DNA of 63,834 nt, counting the filler, from Reticulomyxa filosa (Eukaryota > Protista > Foraminifera), in assembly GCA_000512085.1 (NCBI GenBank). It is 14 parts of 14 records of this genome, joined end to end, with 100 filler letters (N's around TTAATTAATTAA, not from the genome) between each part and the next. Parts side by side here need not be neighbours in the genome. Positions count along the whole stretch, not along the records: positions 1 to 1,077 come from ASPP01019188.1; positions 1,178 to 2,749 come from ASPP01013975.1; positions 2,850 to 4,583 come from ASPP01038226.1; positions 4,684 to 7,690 come from ASPP01001428.1; positions 7,791 to 12,462 come from ASPP01025054.1; 9 more parts are not named here. One strand, 5' to 3'. A program made the translations under genes and the position numbers. The notes beneath the pieces are model-generated. The model was given only the letters and a program-made list of their open reading frames with translations, was not told the DNA's origin and did no database searches. Positions within the stretch are counted from its first letter, which is position 1. Each line of letters starts with the position of its first letter. Of the stretch, positions 1 through 10,520 are shown one piece after another.

Positions 1-400
1 CCTTTTTCAGATCCCATATTCGAACGGAGTGTTGTATGATCCAGATACGATATTGTACAATCTTTTAAATATCAATAAGAAACCCAATTTGAATATACTT
101 TCAATTCAGTTGTCTTTACTCGATATATCTAACATTTTGACTATATTATCAGATGAACCAGAAGTCAAATTTTTGCCATATAAACTGTAATCTATACAAT
201 AGATTGCATGAGAAAAATCATTTAAAATACCAATTTCTTTGCATGTGGTAACATCACATAATCGAATGGTCTTACCATTGGAACAATATACAATAGTCTC
301 TCTATCGTGAGAAAATGATATATCGTGTACTGTTCTTTAATGTCCGTTTAAAGTAGATAAATTCGTAATTTTTTTTCAGGCAATTCAAACTATGAAAAAA
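1..400 (-). pseudogene. WD40-repeat gene remnant
   Basis: Minus strand reads fragments such as 'SGSSDNIVK', 'TIRYVDV', 'VSGSYN' and 'SVRIWDLK', broken by frameshifts. Confidence 0.65.
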
Positions 401-1077
401 GTTGTTGTTATATTATTTCATTTGCTTGGCTTTGTTGCAATTGTGTAAAATAATACAACAACTTTTTTTACAATGCATTGACAATGCATTCTTGTTAGAA
501 GTACCATTTTGTATGTGGCCTTGATCAATCAGCAATCTTTTTTTTGGTTTGTTACTATTAATCGGCAACAATTCATTTTTGTTCGAAGTATCATTTTATT
601 CGTTGCCTTGACCAATAGGCTGTTTTTTAGTTTGTTACGATTAATCGTCGATAACTTATTCTTGACTAATGTACATTTTCTTTGTTCGTTATAATTAGCT
701 GACGACAATGCATTCGTGGGCAAATTATGTTCTTTTTGTTTGTTGTCTTCAATAGATAATAATTCATTCGCAGCAGAGGTAAGTTCGTAGATATTAGCAG
801 TTAACGACAGTTCACTATTAGACAAAAACAAGTGATATAAGTCCAAAATAATTTCTTTTTACTTGTAAAAAAGAAATCTTTAGTTCAATATGCTCGTAAT
901 GTTAAAAAGACTATTACCCATTAAATTTATTTTTTACACTTTTATTAAAAACTAAAATATTTTGAATTTTCCATGTAGATTGACTTATATTAAAATGTTA
1001 TACAAGTGTATAACATTGGCAATATAATATAATCATTTGAACATATATTATACAAAGTTTCGACATACAATTATATA

Positions 1078-1177
1078 NNNNNNNNNNNNNNNNNNNNNNN
1101 NNNNNNNNNNNNNNNNNNNNNTTAATTAATTAANNNNNNNNNNNNNNNNNNNNNNNNNNNNNNNNNNNNNNNNNNNN
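1078..1177. other. Artificial contig-joining linker (first of 13: 1078-1177, 2750-2849, 4584-4683, 7691-7790, 12463-12562, 14341-14440, 16523-16622, 42695-42794, 48559-48658, 51620-51719, 53130-53229, 57757-57856, 62037-62136)
   Basis: Identical N44-TTAATTAATTAA-N44 blocks. TTAATTAATTAA gives stop codons in all six frames, a standard concatenation spacer. Confidence 0.98.
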
Positions 1178-1505
1178 AATGATGATGTACCAATTTACTT
1201 GTTTGACTTGTGGGACGTCTGCTGATAAGAGACTACACTAAATTTAATACGAAAAGGTTTGTTATAGTTTGTGTCTGGCACAGTTAATGTGTTTAGCAAC
1301 ACTTGCTCAGCTATTAATAGCATTTTTTTTAGCATGAACTACTGAATATGCAAAAAAATTGAGAATTTTTGTTAATATAATTGCATAAAATTGAGTGGTA
1401 TATGATCAGTTTGTTCAAACATCAAATCACCAGAAATTTTTTGCAAAACAGACAAACAAAACAAAAAAAACAATGAAAGAGAATAAAGCAGATATAAAAT
1501 GCGTA

Positions 1506-2668
1506 TTAGCTTTTGAACATCCTATGCCAAAGTGTCTGTTTTTGTTGTTGTTGAATAATGTAAGTGACATTGGGCGGTTTACCGGGACGTTCGGCTGGTG
1601 TCTCATGCAAAACAGAGTCACTACGAGAAGGTCTTTGTAAAACGGAGTTGATTCGATCTCTTTCAACAATTGTATACCCTCGCGATCGGATATGGCTGGT
1701 GCATTTATCTTCAAGCGCCTTGATATAATCAGGAACACTGGCCAGCTCCTCTCGAGTAGGTTTTTTCCAGGAAGGATCACAAAATTCTGGATGACACTTA
1801 TGATTCAAAAACCAGTTCCACAAATATTCTTTTCCGATATCAGTCGGTCCATAAATGTATCCCTCCATGCTCACGATGCAAGGATCAGTAAGTATATATT
1901 TGCCTTTTCTTCGGACGCCCTTATATATTATAAGTATATGTATATACATGTACATATACGTACACATATATATATGCGTATATATATTTTAAAAAAAAAA
2001 ACTTGAGCATCACAAAAGAGGTATTTGCCATTGCTTTGATGATACGTCCAATGGCAAAAGGCTTGAATGGACGAATTATTTTTCATCGTATCAATCCAAC
2101 CGTTGTTACTATTCCATTTCACGTAATCGCCTTTGAGATAATCCTCGATGAGGACAGTTTCTCCCAACAAAATTTTGTCTTTCAAATTATTGACTCTATT
2201 TAGAGTGATTTCATCTTCTGGAGCCAGTACCGTTTCCAAAAGTTGTCCGAATAAGAGTCCCAAATCTCCTCCTTTTTTAGCAATTCTCGGCGTTATTATC
2301 TCATACTTTTCTCTCATTCGTCCCGTCGCATTCCATTTTTCCACCAATTTCGCCGCCAATTTCCCGCATTCCATATCACCCTTATAGACGTCGTCCGTGA
2401 AGTAATGGTTGTGCTTATATTTCTTCACCACACAGGGACGGCCCTTCTTTTTCTTGCACGTATAGCGACCCAAATACGCAAATCGAGTGCCACCCTCGGC
2501 AAATGGTTTGTTCCCCAATCCTTGCGCAAATTGGAAATCGGCTTCGGACTCTATCTCTCCTTCCACTCCCTCTTTTTCATCCACGTTTGCATCGATATAC
2601 AGCTCTACCTCTTCTCCTTCTTGTCTCATCTCTTTGTTTTCCAAGCTCTTTTCTTGAGGTGCTGCCAC
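1506..2668 (-). CDS. Alpha-kinase (eEF2K/MHCK family), 2 exons (2668-2003, 1919-1506)
   Basis: Motifs PFAEGGTRFAY, VVKKYK, LIEDYLKGDYVKWNSNNG, QAFCHWTY..S.G..LFCDAQ|GV...YILTDP, YGPTDIG and the Zn-binding H.C...C. A GT-AG intron at 2002-1920 joins the two ORFs in frame. Confidence 0.93.
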
Positions 2669-2849
2669 TCCAAACTTTGGAGTTTATATTTATATATATA
2701 TATAAGCTCCAAACTTCAAGCTCCAAATCTCTCCTCTCTCTCTCTCTCTNNNNNNNNNNNNNNNNNNNNNNNNNNNNNNNNNNNNNNNNNNNNTTAATTA
2801 ATTAANNNNNNNNNNNNNNNNNNNNNNNNNNNNNNNNNNNNNNNNNNNN

Positions 2850-3405
2850 TTTTCAAATTTTTCACAAAGTTATTGTTTGTTGTTAATTTTTTCACCTTTA
2901 TATAATTTACTTTAATTATCCACCAAATGCTCTAAATTGGATTCAGGTCTGGTGAATTAGGAGGAAAATTTATCATCATTTTCTTTAAACCAATCCATTA
3001 TTTTTTTAGTTTTGTGACATGATAAATCTTCTCTGACCTGCCAGATCCAGATTTTCTTTTTAAGATTCCATTACACTTATATGACGACAGCCAAATCGAA
3101 ACTATACTTACATTAAATTTCTTTGCTACAGATCAAATGATAGTTCCACCAACCAGCATACTAACAGCAACTTTTCTTAAAAGTAATCAAATGTCAATAT
3201 TTTAAATATCAAAATTTAGAAATGTCAATTAAAAATATCATCAATAAAGAAAAGTAGCAAAAAAAAAAATTTTAATATTTAAAAACTACAATATTAGTAG
3301 ATATTTTTAAAACAAATTAGGTTTAAATCTTTATTTTTCATGGAGAAAATCGATTTTCTTAATATAGTGCCATTTAGTTATTGCAGTTTTTTTTGCAATC
3401 TACTG
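2850..3405 (-). mobile_element. Tc1/mariner (IS630-Tc1-mariner) transposon remnant with decayed transposase and a terminal repeat
   Basis: Minus strand 3050-2910 reads WIWQVREDLSCHKTKKIMDWFKEND / FPPNSPDLNPI*SIWWIIK, the Tc1 motif PPNSPDLNPIE with the catalytic E codon as TAG. The end ...TTTTGCAATCTACTG|TA at 3405 is CAGTA..TGCAAAA flanked by TA. Confidence 0.85.
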
Positions 3406-3429
3406 TATAAGTTGATGTAAGTCTCTTCG

Positions 3430-3920
3430 ATAGCATAAGATTTTCTCCGGACAGTTCCAAAGTTGTAGTGTGCTCCACTGTCGGGTCGATTTTATTGTGG
3501 GATACATCGTCTGGACAAATTCAAACTTTAGACGGCCACTCGAACACTGCATCTGGAGTGATATTTTCATCGGATTGCTCCAAAATGATATCGTTTTCGA
3601 ATGACAAAACTATCATAATATGGGATATGTCTTCAGGACAAGTAGTTCAATCCTTGGAAGGACATACCGGATCTATAGGTAAAATAGAATTATCACCTGA
3701 CGGTTCCAAAATTGTGTCATGCTCAGATGATCGGACAATTCGATTATGGGGTATTGACAATAAAGCTGTTGATACTACGAAGACAAGCGTCATGAGATGT
3801 ATTTGGCAAGTAGGTGTTCAACGTTATAGCTTGTCAAGGAGCGGTAGTGTTTGGACGGATACGCAAGGCTTAACACAGCAACAAAAATTGCTTGTGGAGC
3901 AACGTGGTGGAAAGTTTTGA
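3430..3920 (+). CDS. WD40-repeat protein, C-terminal part (5' end lost beside the Tc1 insertion; possibly a pseudogene)
   Basis: Repeats 'LDGHSNTASGVIFSSD...DKTIIIWD' and 'LEGHTGSIGKIELSPDGSKIVSCSDDRTIRLWG'. Confidence 0.8.
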
Positions 3921-4308
3921 ATTTTGCTTATTTTTCGGAAATTCTGTTAAACTAAATCTCCCTTTGACAAGTTAAAATTTTTGGAAAATGTTGTACATGA
4001 CCAATTTTAAAGTTTGGATAAACTGTGCCAGTCGAATATTTTGTGAGAAAAAGGTTACATTACGGATCAGTCTGAGGTATATAATTCACAATCTAATCCG
4101 TAATTCTATGAATAGAATCTCAAATGTTTCTTCAAGATCCATGCTTAACTTTTGTTGCTCTTGATGTACTCAAAAATTAAACAGTTCACAGGAAATAGTT
4201 GATGTATTTGAACTGCACTTTTTGGTGTATTTAGCAATATTAGGCAATCTGATTAATTTGTTTCATAAGAGGAATAACTAAAAATCTTCGAAGTCTTGAT
4301 AAATAGTG

Positions 4309-4443
4309 ATGACAGCACCAGATCAAAGATTGGCTAATGCTGACGCCTTATTAAAAAAAGGGCAGAAACTGGCGAAAGGTGGCTTTTTTTCCAAAAAAAT
4401 CCGGACGAAGCAGAGAAGGCCTTTGAAGAAGCAAGAAAGCTGG
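4309..4443 (+). CDS. Possible SNAP (soluble NSF attachment protein)-like N-terminal exon, frameshifted in a homopolymer
   Basis: MTAPDQRLANADALLKKGQKLAKGGFFSKK/PDEAEKAFEEARKL resembles the alpha/gamma-SNAP N-terminus. The contig ends soon after. Confidence 0.35.
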
Positions 4444-4683
4444 TATGGGATGACGTTGAAGAGAGTGAGACAACTATAAATTTTTGCAATAAAAAAAGTC
4501 ATGCATATGTGGAAACCTTTTTTTTTTTGGATAAAATAAGTTTTGAAGTTTTTTATTTTATTTTGAATTTTTTTTTTTTTTTTNNNNNNNNNNNNNNNNN
4601 NNNNNNNNNNNNNNNNNNNNNNNNNNNTTAATTAATTAANNNNNNNNNNNNNNNNNNNNNNNNNNNNNNNNNNNNNNNNNNNN

Positions 4684-6656
4684 TGGAAAATGGAAAGACT
4701 ATTTAATCTTATTTGATTATAAACATCGAGCAATAATGTTATTTGATGAAAATAAACAAAAAATAAAATCATTACAAGTTGGAAATCCGAAAAAATTATC
4801 GTTGGAATTCAATGTACATATTCAATGGTGTAATGATTTTTCTCACGTCAATGACACACACGCCAAATGGGCTTGTCTCATTCTTAATCATACTTGGCAC
4901 TTCCGCACAATGAATATAGATGATCGAGATGATTTATCAAATTGTATATCAGTTAATGAAAGCAAAAACACAAATATCTTTATCAATTATCAGTATAAAT
5001 TATGAATTGTTGAATTTTCACATTTCAAAAACACAGGATTTCAACTCTTTTCATGTCATTTGGAAAGATTTAGAAAATAGAACACACAAAGAGCCATTGA
5101 ATCCATATTCAATCACATTCAAACAAGGAATAGAACACGTAAAACATAAATTACAAATGAGAGATCATTTTATATTCGGAAGGGATGAATTAATAATATT
5201 GGAATGTGAATTTGACAAATGGAAACCATCAATATCATCAAAAATATCAAATATGGGTGATAGGGTTATATTATTACATAATATTTACAAACATCTTCGT
5301 CATTATCCAATTATTCAAGTATATTGGGAAATAAAAGGATATTTCATGGTACCTTACGAACACACAGTTGATATAGAAAGAGACAATTTACCAAAAAGTG
5401 TTAAAACGATATTATTTTATCAGGTAAACAATCATTCAATCCATTATTATATGAATGTGATTTGCACAAACTCAAAATCATTAAAGATAAAATACATGCA
5501 AAGATAACAAGAAACAATTTATTGCAGAAACTGTTCCATGAAGTAATAAAGAATGACTTTTTATATGATTTAATCACATCTCAATGCACAAATAATGAAA
5601 AAGAGAAAAAACAACTTTATGAAAGGATTAAACGACAAATTAATTATAATGAAAAAAATCCAAATGAATTGATATTAAATGATAAAATATTAACAATATT
5701 AAATGAATTGAAGCTATTGTATCATGATAATGTACATAAACATATGGGATATCCACTTCAATTATATCATATTTGCGCAATTTTATTGTATTGTGGTAAA
5801 TCATGTAATAGTGAATTCAGCTATGACCAAATCAAATTTAGACATCATAAATGGCCTTATTTGGATAAGATTTTACAGGACGCTATCATGATACTTCATT
5901 CACATGAAAGAAGAGAAGAAACTGAAATGGAATTATATTGTGGATTGAAAGGAGTGAGATTGGAGAATATTAAAGAAATTAAATCAGGGTTTTTCATAAG
6001 TCATGTGAGTACTTCTGATGATTTTGAAATTGCACAAATATTTAGAAGTGACCAAGGATGTATTTTACATTTTCATCCTTCTATGAGAAGGGTATTTGGA
6101 ATTGAAAGCTGTGATGTATCATGGATATCTCCATTCAAACATGAACGTGAAATTTTATTTGCAAGGTCAATAATAGATTCTGTTGCTGATGAGAAAACAC
6201 ATCAACAATTGGATTCATGGAGTGCAAAAGTAGAGAGTGAAGATAAATATACATAAATGATATTATTGACATGGACACAATATGATCAATATATTCAACA
6301 AACTATGCAAATAAGTGAAATGCGGAATCATTCCATTGATTTAAATCTTATTTATGTTGCACTTCATTATTGTTGTAAAGGAGATATCAATGAAACATTT
6401 AAATTATTGTTTGAATTTGAACAATGGAAATGGAGAGATAACAATGAACAAAAGCACAAAAAAAAGAATAAAAGCGTTTAAAAAAAAACGTTGCTGCAAT
6501 CACAATATCAATTTATTTTGTATATTTCTTTCTGAAAAATATAAGGGACAAACTGCACGTGAGTATGCAATATTAATTACTGTTAACAATGGGTTGCCAT
6601 TTATTGATAAGGATAAAAAAACATGGATAAAAAACAAAAATATGTTAAATTTGTAA
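4684..6656 (+). pseudogene. ADP-ribosyltransferase (ART, R-S-E clade)-like domain protein, disrupted
   Basis: LYCGLKGV...FFISHVSTSDDFEIAQIF...DVSWISPFKHEREILF matches the ART pattern 'LYRG..STS..ExEVL'. There is a probable intron at ~4951-5036, frameshifts near 5400-5460 and 6470, and an in-frame TAA at 6254-6256. Confidence 0.75.
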
Positions 6657-7149
6657 AACGTTTCTGTTATTTATTTAATCATCAAACAACACAATTTGAT
6701 TTATACAGTAAGAAGATAGAATAAGTTTTTTTTGTTGTAAAGGGGCTGTGGATTTCAATGACTTCAATAGTTGTTAAGTAAAAATGAACTCTTGATTATC
6801 TATAGTAATAAATTTTTTTTGTTTAATATTATTGTTAATGCTGTGCTCTGCACAGTATTCTTCCGGATGGCGTTACTAATTTGGATACCAGCTTGATATT
6901 GTGATTTTTTTATTGAACGAAGATTTTTGTTTCATGACACTTTCGAAGTTGGCATTAAAAGAAAATCTAGTTTTGAATTTAGTACTGCTTTATGTTTTAA
7001 ACTGACATTGTAAAATAATATAAGAACGTTATAAAAAAAATTTGTATTTTTTTTGGGGCCTCACCTATGCTCTTTTCCATTGTTATCTCAACTTTGTTAT
7101 AGCATCTGGTCCAAATTTGTTTGACAAAAATCTTAAAATATGCAAGTAT

Positions 7150-7370
7150 TTTTTGTTAAAAAGAGAAAAATCAATAATAAACAGCTAAACAATTCAATAT
7201 ATTCAAAGGACATGACAATTATGTAAGGAATGCAAAATATGGACCAGAAGATAAACGTTTATTTGTGGATTTGATCTGACAAACAAATTCAAGTGCTCAA
7301 TGGACGTGTAATACTTTGCACGCTGTTAAATATTCACTAGTTGTAGCAAAAAATAGTAGTAGAATTTCTG
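7150..7370 (+). pseudogene. WD40 gene fragment
   Basis: Reads 'IFKGHDNYVRNAKYG...DKQIQVLNG...AVKYS' with frameshifts. Confidence 0.55.
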
Positions 7371-8939
7371 GGTGCAAAACAACAAACAACACAACTATAT
7401 GCAAACAATATTAATTTAGCAATAATTAATTCTAATTAAAAATAACAGCAACAACAATTGTATTATCATTAAAAATGCCATAATTGCTTTAAAAAAAGGA
7501 AAAAAAGTAAAAAAAATGAAAAACTTTTCCCTTTTTTTGATCCATGACAAAAATCTAGCAATACCAGTATAAAAAAGGTATTTAACATTCTTTTAAAATA
7601 TACAATGACAACATCACCTTTTTTTATAGATATTTTATCCTTAATTAAATTTGATTATTGAATTTTATTGACTCAATGATGTCGCAGCCTNNNNNNNNNN
7701 NNNNNNNNNNNNNNNNNNNNNNNNNNNNNNNNNNTTAATTAATTAANNNNNNNNNNNNNNNNNNNNNNNNNNNNNNNNNNNNNNNNNNNNATTATCAAAA
7801 TTCATAAAAAAGCATTAAAACAAACACATCAAAGCCAAAATTATGCATATATCATTCATTAAACTCGCTAAAATAAATTTTAAGTAAAAACAAAAACACA
7901 AAATATTCAACTAAACATCATATTATCTTATCAATTTTTAAGCACATTAAAATTTAAAATGTAATAAACGTAAAATCAATGGAAGCAAAATTGTTAAAAA
8001 ACATTTATGACTAAATTGAGGAATAATAAAAAAGTCTATATAGTTTGCAGACATAACAATATTAATCTTTTTTTAAGGTTCTTTTGCTATTCAGCATTTA
8101 ATCATAAATTACAATATGCTTAATTTAGCAACAACAATTTTAGAAACACTGAAAAATATTTTTCTGCAAAAAAATATTAATTCAAATAAAAATCAATTGT
8201 CTCTTTTTTTATTCATTCACTTATTTGCGTTATATTATTGATACAATTTCCTCATTGTGGTAATATATTTTTCAATAAAATTAGCAGATCTTTTCATGTT
8301 TCATACATGTATTATCATATATAGCATAGAATAAACTATTAATGAGTTATAATTGATTCTAAAGTTGCATCAACGTTTCTGGCGACATTACAATTATTTT
8401 CTATTTTAGCTTCTTTGGTTTTCCGGCACAGTACTTTCTACAATAGTACCTGTAATCTTTTTAAACTATCAGCTTCACAGTTATTAAAATTTTTTTAAAT
8501 TGTGTAGTTTTAAATAGTTTTGTGTTTGCAAAACTTAATTTTTTTTCGTTGCCTTTTTTTAATTTTAATTCCTCCAATTCTACAGTTTCCTTCTAATATA
8601 ACATTACTTGAATACCTAGATTAAGCATTCATGTATTTTTGAGTGTATGATAATAACAGTTTCTTTAATCTTCAACAAATGAAGGCTTGTGTTTGCATAG
8701 AACACATTTAGAGCCAAGTAAAGTGAGTAATTTCTCCAAACTTTGAAAGATAGTTGGTAATAATGTGTTATTTCGTTTTACAAGTGCATTGAAAAAATCG
8801 TTCAAATCGTAAAAAAAAATTAAAGAAACAGAGATGATGCGAAGATTTTTTGAATATCACATTGGCACTAATCTTTGGTGCAAAAAAAATTAAAAAATTA
8901 CAAGTTCACAAACAAAAAAATAATTCAAAATATATTGTC

Positions 8940-10520
8940 ACGGATTGGAGAGGGGTGTTTGAGGCCGGGGCAATATAAAACAATTCAACATCGTTTATAA
9001 TAATAATAAAAAAATAAAAAAAAAATTTCATTGAGAGAGGATGCGGGCCCGTTGGGCTCTCTGGAGATGATCATGGGACACTGGTGCCTATAAATAATAA
9101 TATTATTATTATAAAAAAAAAAAGAAATTACATAAAAACTTTTTTTTTATTTGCATGCGGGCTACTGGCTCGTTGTGAGCTCTGTGGGGTCTTAGATAGT
9201 GCATATATAAATAATAATAATTATAATTGTATTATTATTGTTACATACAATATTAATTATTACTTACTTTTTTTTCATTGCTGATAGGTTCAGAACTCGA
9301 TTGGTGCACTTAATTTAGATTTGTGTGTTATTGACCCGTTGTCACTTCGGAAGGGGTTTGTAGGCCTGAATTCTATGATGCAGTTCAACCTTTTTGTTAT
9401 AATTAAAACAAAATAAAATAAATCAAAACTTTCATATTTTTTTCACAAATGTGTGGACATTTGGTCTCGTGCACATATGGGTTAGCATGCAGGTGCTATA
9501 TAAAACAAATTATCTTTTTTATTATAACAAATAAAATAAAAAAAACATATCAAACTTTTTTTTTCAATTGCATGCTAGTTGCAAACCCGTTGTCGCGAGC
9601 TGGATACGGTCCTGGCCGTTAGTGCACTATAAGTTACAACAAACATATAATAATAATAAAAAACAAATCAAAACATAACAACAATTTTTTTTTTGATACA
9701 TGTTTGGAGATCGTAGTTGTTGTCTGGATTTGTTCTGATTTAGCTGACATATTACAAATTCAGACCACTTTAAAAAAAAGGTTTAAACTTTTTTTTCTTC
9801 ATGCAGGTTACAAATCCGTTTGTAGCGCTTGAACGCTGTCCGTGGTACTGTTGCACTATCAATAGCAACAATAACATTATTATTATTATTATTAACAAAA
9901 CAATATTCAACTAAACTTTTTTTTTGTTGGATCTAGCCGGGAACCAGTCTTGGCGAGCTGCTGAGTTTGTAGGCGGGGGCCTACAAACAATCAAATATTT
10001 TTATAATAATTAAAACAATAAAAAACATTAACTGAACTTTTTTTTTTTTTTGATGGCTGAGTACAAACCCGTTGAGCGTGCTGGTTGGTTTGGCCACTTT
10101 GGCCTTTCATCAACAATATTTTTTTTTTTTTGCAAATGGGCTGCTAGCCCTTTTGGTGCGCTGGAGTGTGTCTGGGCACTATGGCATATAAACATCATGT
10201 TATTATAATAAAAAAATAAAAAAGTACGAAACTTTTTTTTGGATGACAGGCTGTAAGCACGTGTTGCTCATCTGATCTAGTTTTTATTATCGGTGTTTTA
10301 TTAAAATAAAACCCCGATAAAAAACTTTTTTTTACAAGCTCGGACTTCTGTTTTTGTGTTTGTTGCGCTTGATGTGTCGTGATGTTGTGACATGGTAATA
10401 TGTTGCGTAGGCGAGATACTATAAACTTTTTTTTTGTCTTGGATTATGAACCCATTTATTTGAGCCGGTACGGAGTGTGAGGATGGAGTGCGATGCGGTA
10501 TGATGGCATCTGCCTGCATC
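8940..10520. repeat. Degenerate tandem array of ~14 units (T-tract, 45-90-nt GC-rich cassette, AT-rich spacer)
   Basis: AAACTTTTTTTT-type T-tracts recur at ~9137, 9266, 9427, 9552, 9684, 9785, 9913, 10035, 10118, 10229, 10322 and 10423. They are followed by (C)ATG(C)...AAACCCGTTG...GCTGG...GTGCACTATA-like motifs. Confidence 0.8.

Noticed and set aside
8940-10520. CRISPR array, tRNA cluster or snoRNA cluster
   Set aside because: There are no identical direct repeats, no cas genes, no cloverleaf or A/B boxes, and no consistent C/D or H/ACA boxes. It is kept as an unexplained array.
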